DNA from: Thermoanaerobaculia bacterium
GTDB taxonomy: Bacteria; Acidobacteriota; Thermoanaerobaculia; Multivoradales; UBA5704
DNA length: 64,000 bases
Assembly: GCA_045807625.1 (NCBI GenBank)
Contig: JBJMHA010000012.1
Span: 76,432 to 140,431, forward strand
Direction of reading: 5' to 3'
This document shows, piece after piece, positions 36,364 through 45,396 of the stretch. Every line of letters starts with the position of its first letter. Positions within the stretch are counted from its first letter, which is position 1. The translations under genes and the position numbers were made by a program. The notes beneath the pieces are model-generated. The model was not told where the DNA came from, searched no databases, and was given only the letters and a program-made list of their open reading frames with translations.

Positions 36364-38163
36364 TCAGGGGGAAGAGAGGTTGAACAGGATCTCGACTCGC
36401 CGGTTCCTCGCGCGGTTCTGTGATGTCCTGTTGTCGGCGACAGGCTGCTCCTCACCACGGCTCTCGACAACGAAGCGGGGTGCTCGCGCCCCTCGCCGCT
36501 CCAAAGCACTGGCCAGCGCCTGTCGCACGCTTTGCGCGCGGGCTTCCCCGAGCCGCACGTTGTAGGCGGCCGGTCCGGTGCTGTCGGTGTGCCCGACGAC
36601 CCGGATGATCCCGGGAGAACGGCTGGCCAGTCGCGCTGCTATCCGTTCGATTTCGGCTAGGTGGCGCGGTTGGAGGGCCGAACTCCTAAAGGCGAATCCC
36701 GTGAGCACTGTGGGAGAGGTGGTGGGGCTCGGAGGGCGCACACGAGACGGGGTACAGCGAGGGGCCGGCAAGGGGCTTCCTCGGAGGACCGGCTCCCACC
36801 AGCGGCCCACGGCTTGGGGGTGCTGCATGTAGAGGCTGACAAGCCTTGGAAATTCGGGGGCCGACCGGCGGCTCCAGGCAGCGTCGATCTGGCACCAGAA
36901 CTCTCTGACAGCACGGATTGCTAGCTGGCGGGCGACGCCGTGGTGACGGTGAGCAGTGTCGTCTTTGGCCAGCAAGGAGTGAGAGATCTCCTGGACGAAG
37001 GAGACGCGAGATCCCGGCGGCATTGGGAAGGTGCGCTGGCCGGTCTGCCGAGCGCCGGCCTCAGCCAAAGGGCGCAAAACCGCGGAAATCGCCAAACGCA
37101 AGGGAAACAGGACGGCCCGCTCCAAGGCCTGTTGGACTCGCCCAATGCGTGCCGGAATGCCGGTCGAGTCCCACGCGTGGATCAACTGGTCATAGAGTCC
37201 CAGGACCCGTGTTCCGAGGAGCCTCCGAATCAGGACCCGAGTGACCCGCCGTTGTACCGGGGACGGCCGGGTGCCGGGTGGGGTCTCCATAAACATCAGG
37301 AAGAGCTTGCTGAGCGATTCAACGGTATCGTTCAGGAGGAAGACACCGGTCGTCAGACGATATCGGCCCCGGCTGTCTCTGAGCCAACGGGGAGGAGGGG
37401 CGCTCGGATTCAATCCGGTGCGCGGATCGTCTCCGCCCAGCAGGTTGTAGCCGAGCTCGATGAAGTTCGAGTGCGCGTAGAAATCTTCGACGGTGTGCAG
37501 GGCATTCCCGAGGTGTTCCAGCCCTCGTGCGGTCCGACCGCTCACCAGAGCTAGGTTAAGCTGGCGCAACACGTAGCGCCGAGAGATATGAAGGTATGTT
37601 GGTGTCGCGTCCGGGCCTTCATTCCACAAGTTCAGACGCCAGCGGGGCGCTTCCGGTTCGAGCTCGGCATTCCGTGCTCGCAGGGCCTCCGCAACGGGAG
37701 CGCAGGTCGACGGCGAGAGGGCAACACCAAAATCTCGCGGGTTGTCGATATGCTCCTCCCAGCGGTAGGTACCGAACCGGTTGCGGTCCAGCCTGCGGCT
37801 GAACTTGGCTTCGCTCAGGACATCCACAATCTCGAAGATCAGGTCACAGACGGAAGCGGCGCCAGCACCGAGGTACTGGTGGAGAGCCGGCGCCAGGAGT
37901 TGGGACATGTCGCGCTGCCAGTTGCCAAAGTAAATCGCGGACCTTGTCCGGGCATCACGTATCAGGGGCTGGAGGGCGTCATACTCGATCCGTTCGTGCC
38001 CCACCTCCCCCGCGTTGAACAGATCGGCCTCGTCCTCCAGTAAGGGCGGGAGAAAACTGGTCTGCTGCGCCGAACCGGTCAGACCATGGAGCGGAGCGCC
38101 CTGCCGGAGGCTCGCGGGCAAAGAGCCCAGGTCGTGTTCTCGCGCAAGACCGAAGATTTCCAA
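36364..38163 (-). CDS. HET-C-like (Zn-dependent PLC/P1-like) domain fused to a C-terminal OmpA-like domain
   Basis: IYFGNWQRDMSQ, EHIDNP, LGNALHTVEDFYAHSNFIEL, HSLLAKD; OmpA motifs VGHTDSTG..YNVRLGEARA..GEEQP..NRRVEI; TTG start after GAGGGAG. Confidence 0.82.
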   Translation of the reverse strand: MEIFGLAREHDLGSLPASLRQGAPLHGLTGSAQQTSFLPPLLEDEADLFNAGEVGHERIEYDALQPLIRDARTRSAIYFGNWQRDMSQLLAPALHQYLGAGAASVCDLIFEIVDVLSEAKFSRRLDRNRFGTYRWEEHIDNPRDFGVALSPSTCAPVAEALRARNAELEPEAPRWRLNLWNEGPDATPTYLHISRRYVLRQLNLALVSGRTARGLEHLGNALHTVEDFYAHSNFIELGYNLLGGDDPRTGLNPSAPPPRWLRDSRGRYRLTTGVFLLNDTVESLSKLFLMFMETPPGTRPSPVQRRVTRVLIRRLLGTRVLGLYDQLIHAWDSTGIPARIGRVQQALERAVLFPLRLAISAVLRPLAEAGARQTGQRTFPMPPGSRVSFVQEISHSLLAKDDTAHRHHGVARQLAIRAVREFWCQIDAAWSRRSAPEFPRLVSLYMQHPQAVGRWWEPVLRGSPLPAPRCTPSRVRPPSPTTSPTVLTGFAFRSSALQPRHLAEIERIAARLASRSPGIIRVVGHTDSTGPAAYNVRLGEARAQSVRQALASALERRGARAPRFVVESRGEEQPVADNRTSQNRARNRRVEILFNLSSP

Positions 38164-38220
38164 GATGGCTCCCTCACAGTTCGTTGGTCCGGTTCAAATA
38201 CCTGGCTGAGTTGGTCGAGC

Positions 38221-39384
38221 CTAGTACTCCTGCGCCGCGCTCCGGCTCCCGCCCGCCGCCGCCCGTGGCCGGTTCGCCGCCCCGGAGACCAGACGCGGCC
38301 GGTCCCACGGCAGCACGCGAGCGCTGCCGTCCGGGTTGCGGTTGGCGACTCCGAGGGCCTGCGCGCTGGTGAGCCACTCTTCCGCGGATTCGGCGATCTG
38401 AAGTAGCAAAGCCTCGAATTGCGGGCGCGAGGTCTGCAGGATGTGCGGCTGGGCGAGCCAGCGCATCACCTCGCGGCCGGTCACCGCCATGCGCTGCCGC
38501 GGCGAGGTCTGCAAACGCTCGTTGAAGTGGCGGACGAGCACGTCCTCGATCACGTCCCAGGCCGTGTCGGCGCCGAACAGCCGCCGTATGTCGTCGGTGC
38601 TGAGGATGCGGAAGGCCTCGTCGAGAAGCTGCATCACCTCGACCCGCAGCACATTGAGGTTGCCGAAGGAGGTGAACTTCATGTTGTTGCGCAGGTCGAG
38701 GCCGGCGCGACGGACGATGGCGATCGAGCCGAAGCTGGGATCGTTCGCCCGCTCGCGGATGACGTCGGAGATCCGCTTGTCGCGCCAGAACAGGGTGATC
38801 TGGTTGATCAGATGGCTGAACAGTCCCTGGAAGTCGGTGTTCGGCCGCGAGCCCGGGGGGACCTGGGCGTTGCCGAAGCCGAGCACCCGGCGGTAGGCCA
38901 CCGACCGGTCGCGCCGGGTATAGCGCAGCACCTCGCGGCGGTCGAACTGGTAGAGGCCGTAGGCGCCTTCACCGGTCGACAGGCGCACGGAACCGCCGCG
39001 GAACAGCTCCTGGAGCTTCTGCACCACGCGGAAGACGCCGATCCGCTCGTGCTGATAGATGTAGTAGAGGTCGCCCACCGCGATGATGCGCTCGGAGGTG
39101 ACGGTCTCGTCGTAGGGCTCGACCTGCTGCGGCAGCAGGGTGTCGCCGAGCTTGCGGGCCGCGTCCGGGCCGACGCCGATCAGTTGGGCGAGCCCCTTGT
39201 CGGGCGGCAGCGGCTTCCGGCCGTCCGCGTTCACCACGGCCGAGTAGAGGTCGTTGATCTGCTGGACGATCGCCTCCGCGAGCTGCGGGTTCTGAATAAG
39301 GTCGGACGACAGCCGGCCCGTCATCGTCTCCTGCAGCGCCGCGACGCGGTCGAGAAGGCTTTGGTAGTCCTGTGTGATCGCCAT
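38221..39384 (-). CDS. Hypothetical protein (387 aa), operon member
   Basis: AAGGAG RBS, GC3-rich coding; no motif recognised. Confidence 0.85.
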   Translation of the reverse strand: MAITQDYQSLLDRVAALQETMTGRLSSDLIQNPQLAEAIVQQINDLYSAVVNADGRKPLPPDKGLAQLIGVGPDAARKLGDTLLPQQVEPYDETVTSERIIAVGDLYYIYQHERIGVFRVVQKLQELFRGGSVRLSTGEGAYGLYQFDRREVLRYTRRDRSVAYRRVLGFGNAQVPPGSRPNTDFQGLFSHLINQITLFWRDKRISDVIRERANDPSFGSIAIVRRAGLDLRNNMKFTSFGNLNVLRVEVMQLLDEAFRILSTDDIRRLFGADTAWDVIEDVLVRHFNERLQTSPRQRMAVTGREVMRWLAQPHILQTSRPQFEALLLQIAESAEEWLTSAQALGVANRNPDGSARVLPWDRPRLVSGAANRPRAAAGGSRSAAQEY

Positions 39385-39424
39385 TGTGGCTCTCCTTCTT
39401 CAGGTCATTGCGTGCGGCGCGCCG

Positions 39425-41395
39425 TCAGCGGCCTTTGCGAGCACGGGGGGCCGCGGTCCGGTTGTCGCCTGCGTCTTCGTTTTCGTCGTCCGCGCCGGCG
39501 AGGATCTCGAAACCTTCCTCCAGCACGTCGGATTGGTCGCCGGGATTGGTCACGGTGACGTCCCGCGGTCCGGGGGTCGCTTCGGCGTCGATGTGGATCG
39601 AGATCTCCAGGAGCCGGTCGGGCGTGAGCACGGGATCGCCGAGCACGCCGAGCACGGTGACGTCCTCTGCCCCCTGCGGCCCGGGCTCGAAGGCGACCGT
39701 CGCCCCCTCCTGGAAGTCCCTGCCGTGGATCTTCATGAGGATCTTCTGGCCGGGCCTCCCCCTGTCCGGCGAGAGCCGGCGGATGAGCGGCATCACCCCC
39801 GGCTGCGGCTCGGGCTCGGGGAGGAGGCGGCCGCACAGGATGGTGAGGGCGTGAGACAGCGAGCTGTGGGTGCTGTCGGGGTTGCGGACCACCACGGACC
39901 AGACGGTGTCGCCGACGGTGTTGCCGACGGTGTCGCCGACGAATCCGCGGGCGTCGTTGATCTCCTTGGCGTCGAACGTCGCCCAGAGGACCGAGGAGCT
40001 GCCGAAGTGGACGCGCCGGGCTTCCACCGAAACCTTTCTATTGAGAGCCGCTTCGGGCAGATCGATCCGGACCTGCGACTGCGGCTGGAATCCTTCCCCC
40101 TCGATCCTCAGGATGAGCGGCTCCTTGTCGTGCTCCAGTTGTCTGGGATCGACCTGCCGGGGATCGACGGCCGCGATCTTCGCCGGTGGCGTGCGGCTGA
40201 GCGGCTGGGCCAGGTGCTCGGCGTTCCGCAGTTGCAGCAGCACGCTGTCCAGGGCGTTGCTCGCGCGCAGCGTATGCACGCCGGGCGAGGGGTTGCGCGA
40301 CTCGCGACGGGAGATCGCCACCGCCTCGGTGAACAGCCCTATCAGACGCTGGAGGGTGGGACGGAAGGCGATGACGCCGTCCTTGCCCGCCTCCCGCATG
40401 AGCTGCGGCGCCTCCTCGGAAGCGAAACGCTCGGCCCATTCGAGGAGCTCGGCCAGGGTGAGCGGCGGCTCGGGATGCGCGAAAGGGAGCCGGGTCGTCT
40501 CCCGCTCGGCCGGCCCCACGAACACCGAGTCGAGCGTGAAGTAGGTCTCCCGCACCTGCTCTGCGATCACGGCCAGGGCACGCGACAGCAGCACAAACTG
40601 CGGGCCGAGGAAGACGTCCGGACCGATGCGGTCAAAGTAGGTGCGCAGCGACGTCCAGCTCAGCCAGAGGGTGAAGGCGTGGTCGGCGAGGATGAGGAAG
40701 TTGGTGAGGTTCTTCTCCTCTTCGGCGTTGTTGACGCGCGACAGCTCGAAGCCGAGGCGGTCGCGCAGCAGGCCGAGCTGGCCCCCCACGTGGTCGGAAT
40801 TGAAGGTGGTCACCGGCTTTCCGGTGATCTCGATGCCCAGCATCAGGTCGAACAGGGAGTCCACGCGCTGCGGGCGCGGCCCCCCCTGGCGGCCGAGCTC
40901 GTCGACGAGCTCGGTCATCGCCAGGCGGAGCGTCGCCACGGTGGCGGCGAGATCCTCGGGATCGGAGTCGATCTGCAGCGGATAGAGACCCTCGAGGAGG
41001 GGAATACTCTGCTGCACGGCCGCCTGGGCACGGGCGAAAATGCTGGCCTGGGCGCCGGTGACCGCGCCGCCGTCGCCTTGCACTTGCATCACGTAAGAAC
41101 GCGGCACGTGGGTCGTGACGGTACGGCCTTCGATCTCCTGGATGTTGAACGACTGGGTCAGCGCCGCCGCGAACCCCTGGGGATCCTTGAGGGAGCGGGG
41201 TCCCCAGTTCAGGATATCGCGCAGGGTGTTCTTTACCAGGGAGTCATAGGATGACCGGCCCGTGCCGTAGGCCGAGGTCGGCGCGCCGGCAGTGCCGATC
41301 GAGCCGATGTCCTCGGTCAGGATGGGAAAGGCGGTCACGTCCTCGACCGCTCGAACGAAGCGTTCTTGCTCGTCATTGTTCGGTGTGCTTGCCAT
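39425..41395 (-). CDS. Hypothetical protein with helical N-terminal domain and two IPT/TIG-like Ig domains
   Basis: IEGEGFQ...VVVRNPD and IHGRDFQEGATV...RDVTVTNPG repeats; GAGGA RBS. Confidence 0.8.
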   Translation of the reverse strand: MASTPNNDEQERFVRAVEDVTAFPILTEDIGSIGTAGAPTSAYGTGRSSYDSLVKNTLRDILNWGPRSLKDPQGFAAALTQSFNIQEIEGRTVTTHVPRSYVMQVQGDGGAVTGAQASIFARAQAAVQQSIPLLEGLYPLQIDSDPEDLAATVATLRLAMTELVDELGRQGGPRPQRVDSLFDLMLGIEITGKPVTTFNSDHVGGQLGLLRDRLGFELSRVNNAEEEKNLTNFLILADHAFTLWLSWTSLRTYFDRIGPDVFLGPQFVLLSRALAVIAEQVRETYFTLDSVFVGPAERETTRLPFAHPEPPLTLAELLEWAERFASEEAPQLMREAGKDGVIAFRPTLQRLIGLFTEAVAISRRESRNPSPGVHTLRASNALDSVLLQLRNAEHLAQPLSRTPPAKIAAVDPRQVDPRQLEHDKEPLILRIEGEGFQPQSQVRIDLPEAALNRKVSVEARRVHFGSSSVLWATFDAKEINDARGFVGDTVGNTVGDTVWSVVVRNPDSTHSSLSHALTILCGRLLPEPEPQPGVMPLIRRLSPDRGRPGQKILMKIHGRDFQEGATVAFEPGPQGAEDVTVLGVLGDPVLTPDRLLEISIHIDAEATPGPRDVTVTNPGDQSDVLEEGFEILAGADDENEDAGDNRTAAPRARKGR

Positions 41396-41912
41396 GGCTT
41401 CTTGTCCTCTCTAGGCTCGGGGTGTGTGGGGAAGCCGGCGCGCCGGCTTGCTCGGCGATCTCTTTCCAGCCCTGGAACAGGGCTTCGTCGACGTCGTGGG
41501 TGGCGCCCTGGCACTGATCGATGGAGTCGCGGACGCTCTTCACCCAACTCGTCCACTCCCGCCCCCGCCCTCGCTCCAGCGCGGCGAGGTCGGCGATGCG
41601 CCCGAAGGAGGTGACCTCCGCCGAGAACCCTCGCTGGAAGCGCAGGAAGCGTTCCTGGCAGTGGGCCAGGGCATCCCGCGCCGCCTCCAGGTCGCGCGGA
41701 TACTCGACCGCCCGCCGCCCCTGGACGGCCGCGTCGAGCGACTCCCCCAGCCACTCCTCGAGGTCGATCACGGCCTCGCCCAGGCGGTCCAGCAGCGCGC
41801 CGGCGCCTTGGAGAGGCTTGTCCTCGACCACGGCGAGCCGCAGGCCGAGCAGGCCGTCGCGCAGCCGTTCGAGCCGGAGGGTGAGCTCGCCGAAGGCGCC
41901 GTCCAGGGCCAC
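41373..41912 (-). CDS. Hypothetical alpha-helical protein (179 aa)
   Basis: GTG start 3 nt after the upstream stop; 23-nt overlap with the next gene. Confidence 0.75.
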   Translation of the reverse strand: MALDGAFGELTLRLERLRDGLLGLRLAVVEDKPLQGAGALLDRLGEAVIDLEEWLGESLDAAVQGRRAVEYPRDLEAARDALAHCQERFLRFQRGFSAEVTSFGRIADLAALERGRGREWTSWVKSVRDSIDQCQGATHDVDEALFQGWKEIAEQAGAPASPHTPSLERTRSHGKHTEQ

Positions 41913-41915
41913 CGC

Positions 41916-43256
41916 CTATCTCCTCTCCAACTGGGCGTAGAAGTTGCGGGTGATCACGCCCGGCCGGGCCAGCCGGTGATCGAGGGCGAAGCGGGCGGCG
42001 CCGATCATGAAGCGCTCGGGCAAAATCCCGGGATCGATCCCCGCCGAGAGACGGCGGGCGGCCTCTTCGATCATCCTCTGCTCCTTGGGCTGAAAGCGGA
42101 TGACCTGCGCCAGGGTCTTGCCGCCGAGCGAGGGGTAGGGCTGGAAGCAGATGGCATCCACCACCAGCGCCACGGCCCGCGGCCAGGTGGCCATCACCGG
42201 TCCGGGGATGTTGCCGCCCCGGGGGTCCGGATAGAGCCGGCTCCAGGCCCGGCCGTAGGATTCGGCCTCGGCGGGGAAGCCCATCCGGCGCAACAGCTCG
42301 ACAGAGAGGAAGGTCCGCAGGTAGGGCACCGGGTGTGGCGCCCGCGGCGCATAGGACACCACGGCCGACGGCCCGCGTCCCACCACGTCCATGAGCGAGC
42401 CCACCACGGCCGGGCCGCCGAGCAGCAGCCCGCCGAGGTCGGCGAAGATCTCCCGGTTCCACCGCGTCCACACGGCGGCCACGGAGCGGCCGAGGCCCGC
42501 TGCGAGCAGCCGCCGCGCGATGGCGCGGGGGACGGCGCGGGCGAGCCCCAGGTCGTTCTGCAGGTTGTGGCAGACCTCGTGGAGCACGGCCCCCAGGGTC
42601 CATGGGTTGACCATCCGGTGGTAGGGGAGCTGGATCAGCGGGAACGGGTTGAGCTGCCGGCCCAGCCGCGTCAGGGGGATGCCGCGGCGGAAGGTGGCGG
42701 GGGAGAAGCCGGTCCGCATGTAGGAGAAGGGGGCCGGCGCGGGGATGGAGCGGGCTGCCCCAAGCCCCAGGTAGGCGGTCTGATAGCAGTCCTGGGCGAT
42801 GCGGTCGCACCCCAGCAGCCAGACGCCGAAACGGGACTGGCGCTGGCCGAAGAGCTCGAAATAGAAGTCCCAGATCTGCTCGACGGCCCGTACCCGGTCG
42901 TGGGCCCGTTCCTTGTGGCGGACCATCTCCTGAAGGCGGGGCGTGGTGGATTCCGCCAGAGCGGCCTCGACGGAGCCGGTCACCTTGCGGGTCTTGCGGA
43001 ACAGGTCCCGGCGCAACGTCGAGAGGAGGGCGTTGGCGGCCTGGATGTGCCCCTCGGAAGGGATCTCCGGGCCGGCGCCGAACTCCTCGCGGCGGAACGG
43101 GCGCAAGGCGGCGGCATGACGCATGACGTTGAGCGACTGCGCCCGCAGCCAGGGCCGCAGGACCGGAGCGGTCGCTTCGGCCCCCCCCACGCCCGCCGGC
43201 GGCGTGGCCGTCGCCGGCGGGTCGGTGGCGTTCCGTTCGAGGGTCTCGAGCATCAT
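41916..43256 (-). CDS. Putative zinc metalloprotease (HEXXH)
   Basis: VLHEVCHNL, downstream EIFADL and HP motifs (gluzincin/M48-like spacing); GAGGAGG RBS. Confidence 0.72.
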   Translation of the reverse strand: MMLETLERNATDPPATATPPAGVGGAEATAPVLRPWLRAQSLNVMRHAAALRPFRREEFGAGPEIPSEGHIQAANALLSTLRRDLFRKTRKVTGSVEAALAESTTPRLQEMVRHKERAHDRVRAVEQIWDFYFELFGQRQSRFGVWLLGCDRIAQDCYQTAYLGLGAARSIPAPAPFSYMRTGFSPATFRRGIPLTRLGRQLNPFPLIQLPYHRMVNPWTLGAVLHEVCHNLQNDLGLARAVPRAIARRLLAAGLGRSVAAVWTRWNREIFADLGGLLLGGPAVVGSLMDVVGRGPSAVVSYAPRAPHPVPYLRTFLSVELLRRMGFPAEAESYGRAWSRLYPDPRGGNIPGPVMATWPRAVALVVDAICFQPYPSLGGKTLAQVIRFQPKEQRMIEEAARRLSAGIDPGILPERFMIGAARFALDHRLARPGVITRNFYAQLERR

Positions 43257-43268
43257 GGCGCCCTCCTC

Positions 43269-44195
43269 TCAACGCGCTCCGTTGGTGGCCTGGCGGCAGG
43301 TCGAGCAGAGATGGGCCGCTGGACGGACGGCTCGCGAGGCGAGCCGGGGGACCGCTGTCCGGATGCTGGCCGCGGGGCCGGTGGCCGAGGCCACGGGGCC
43401 GGCGGTACGGTGATAGGTGCGGTCGAGCGCCCGCGAGCGCCGGTAGGCCTGGGCGCATTGCGCCGGGCTGCCGATCACCTGCGAGGTCTGGCGGGCCAGG
43501 GTGCGCACGGCCGCCTGCGGCGTCACCCGCCGCCCCTGCTGGGCCTGCCGGGCGAGCGTCGCCGTGGTGCGGCGTACCACGGTCGGCAGGGCCCGCACCA
43601 GCGGCCGGGTGGCGGGATTGGCGCGCAGGGTCCGCGCCGCGCCGGCCACGCCGCGGATGAGAGTGGGAGCGACCCGCATCACCGCCGAGGCCGCCCGCGG
43701 GACGAGCCGGGCCGCCAGCGGCACCAGGGCACCCAGGAAGGCCTCCGCCTCGGCTTCGCTCTCGGCTTCGGCGGCGGCGTGCCCGAGGTGCTCCATCAGG
43801 GCATCGGGATAGACGCGGCGGATGGGATTGATCTCGCTCTCGGATTCGAATTCCCACTCGCCTTCCCGCTGCGGCAGCCAACTGGCGACCTGCTGGCCGA
43901 GCACCCCTCCCAGGCCGCGGCCGAGAGAGGCCCCCCGGGCACCGCCGAGGGAGCCGCCCAGGGACGCTCCCGCGCCCCCCAGCCCCGAAAGGGCGCCGCG
44001 GGCGGCGCGCAGGCCCACCTGGCGCAGGGCGGGGGAGGAGGCGGCCCGCCGGGCGAGGGAGAGGATGCGGCGGAAAAACTCCTCGCTCTCCCCTTCCCCC
44101 TCGGCCTCCCACTCCCACTCGCCTTCCCCTTCAGCCTCCCACTCCGACTCGCCTTCCAGCTCCGGCAGGGCTTCCAGCTCATATTCGTTTGCCAT
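43269..44195 (-). CDS. Acidic/basic block protein B (Glu-X repeats alternating with Arg-rich helices)
   Basis: EGESEWEAEGEGEWEWE...EE|FFRRILSLARR; GGAGG RBS; paralog of 44230..45156. Confidence 0.85.
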   Translation of the reverse strand: MANEYELEALPELEGESEWEAEGEGEWEWEAEGEGESEEFFRRILSLARRAASSPALRQVGLRAARGALSGLGGAGASLGGSLGGARGASLGRGLGGVLGQQVASWLPQREGEWEFESESEINPIRRVYPDALMEHLGHAAAEAESEAEAEAFLGALVPLAARLVPRAASAVMRVAPTLIRGVAGAARTLRANPATRPLVRALPTVVRRTTATLARQAQQGRRVTPQAAVRTLARQTSQVIGSPAQCAQAYRRSRALDRTYHRTAGPVASATGPAASIRTAVPRLASRAVRPAAHLCSTCRQATNGAR

Positions 44196-44229
44196 TACGA
44201 CCTCCTTTGAGTCTTTGAGCCGCCTTTGG

Positions 44230-45156
44230 CTAGTTGGGACGGCGGGTGCGCGGACGGGCGGCGGCGGTGGGGCGCTGGACCGTGCGGGCGGCGCGGACGT
44301 TGCGCTGGATGGCGGCGGCGCAGGTGCGCGGGCTGGACAGCACGCGGCGGGTCTGATTCGCCATCACGCGGGCGGCGGTCCGGCGGGTGACCGGCTGGCC
44401 GGCGGCGGCGCGGCGGGCGAGCACGGAAGCCGTGCGGCGCGCGATGGTGGGGACGGCGCGCACGGCCGGACGCGTGATCCGCCGCTGGCGCAGGATGCGG
44501 GTGAGGATGGCCGTGCCGCGCACCAGGTGCGGCAGGACGACACGCAGGGCCGCCCGGTCCGCGGGCGAGATGGCGCTCACGGTAGCCGCGCCGGCCATCG
44601 CCTCGGCCTCGGCCTCGGTGCGGGCCTGAGAGGCGACCGCCGCCATCAGCTCGGCCAGCGCCTGGGTCTGGGTGGGAGCCGCTTCGGTCTCCCCCTCATA
44701 CTCCAGCTCGCCCTCGTACTCCCCTTCGAATTCCATCTCCATCTCCATCTCGCCCTCGCCGAGAGCCGAGGACGCGACCCGGCCGAGCATGCCGCCCAGC
44801 GGGCCGCCGACCGCCGTGCCGACGATGGGAGCCGCCACCCGCGCGACCTGGCGCAGGATCGGCGCGGCGCGGCGAACGAAGCCGCCGACTCCGCGAGCGA
44901 CGCGGCGGAGACGTCGGAAGAACTCCTCCCCCTCCATCTCACCCTCCATCTCCCACTCACCCTCCCCTTCCATCTCCCACTCCCCTTCGCCCTCGAATTC
45001 CCCCTCCCCCTCGCCGAGCAGGCCGCCGATGCCACGGGCGATCGTGCCCAGGAACTCCTCGCCTTCGAATTCCCCTTCACCCTCGAATTCGCCTTCGCCC
45101 TCAAACTCGCCTTCACCCTCGAATTCGAGCTCGAGCTCACCTTCCAGTGTCGCCAT
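44230..45156 (-). CDS. Acidic/basic block protein A (Glu-X repeats alternating with Arg-rich helices)
   Basis: (EGEGEF)n...EE|FLGTIARGIGGLLG|...EE|FFRRLRRVARG; AAGGAGG RBS; first gene of the operon. Confidence 0.85.
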   Translation of the reverse strand: MATLEGELELEFEGEGEFEGEGEFEGEGEFEGEEFLGTIARGIGGLLGEGEGEFEGEGEWEMEGEGEWEMEGEMEGEEFFRRLRRVARGVGGFVRRAAPILRQVARVAAPIVGTAVGGPLGGMLGRVASSALGEGEMEMEMEFEGEYEGELEYEGETEAAPTQTQALAELMAAVASQARTEAEAEAMAGAATVSAISPADRAALRVVLPHLVRGTAILTRILRQRRITRPAVRAVPTIARRTASVLARRAAAGQPVTRRTAARVMANQTRRVLSSPRTCAAAIQRNVRAARTVQRPTAAARPRTRRPN

Positions 45157-45396
45157 GGGATTTCCTCCTTCGTTCGTTGCACGGATGAGTCATTGGGGCT
45201 GCTGCCGACAGAGATCAATCTAGACCGGCATCGGAAACCGTGGGCAGTCACATCTTCCGGGGAGGCCGAAACGTGCTTCCCCATTCGTGTGTCGCACGAA
45301 ACAGTGACGTCAGAAATCAGAAGAGACTGTAGAATGTATAAAGAAGGAAATACAAATGGATGGCGGGAACGCCAACACCGATGTGAGGAGGGTCTC

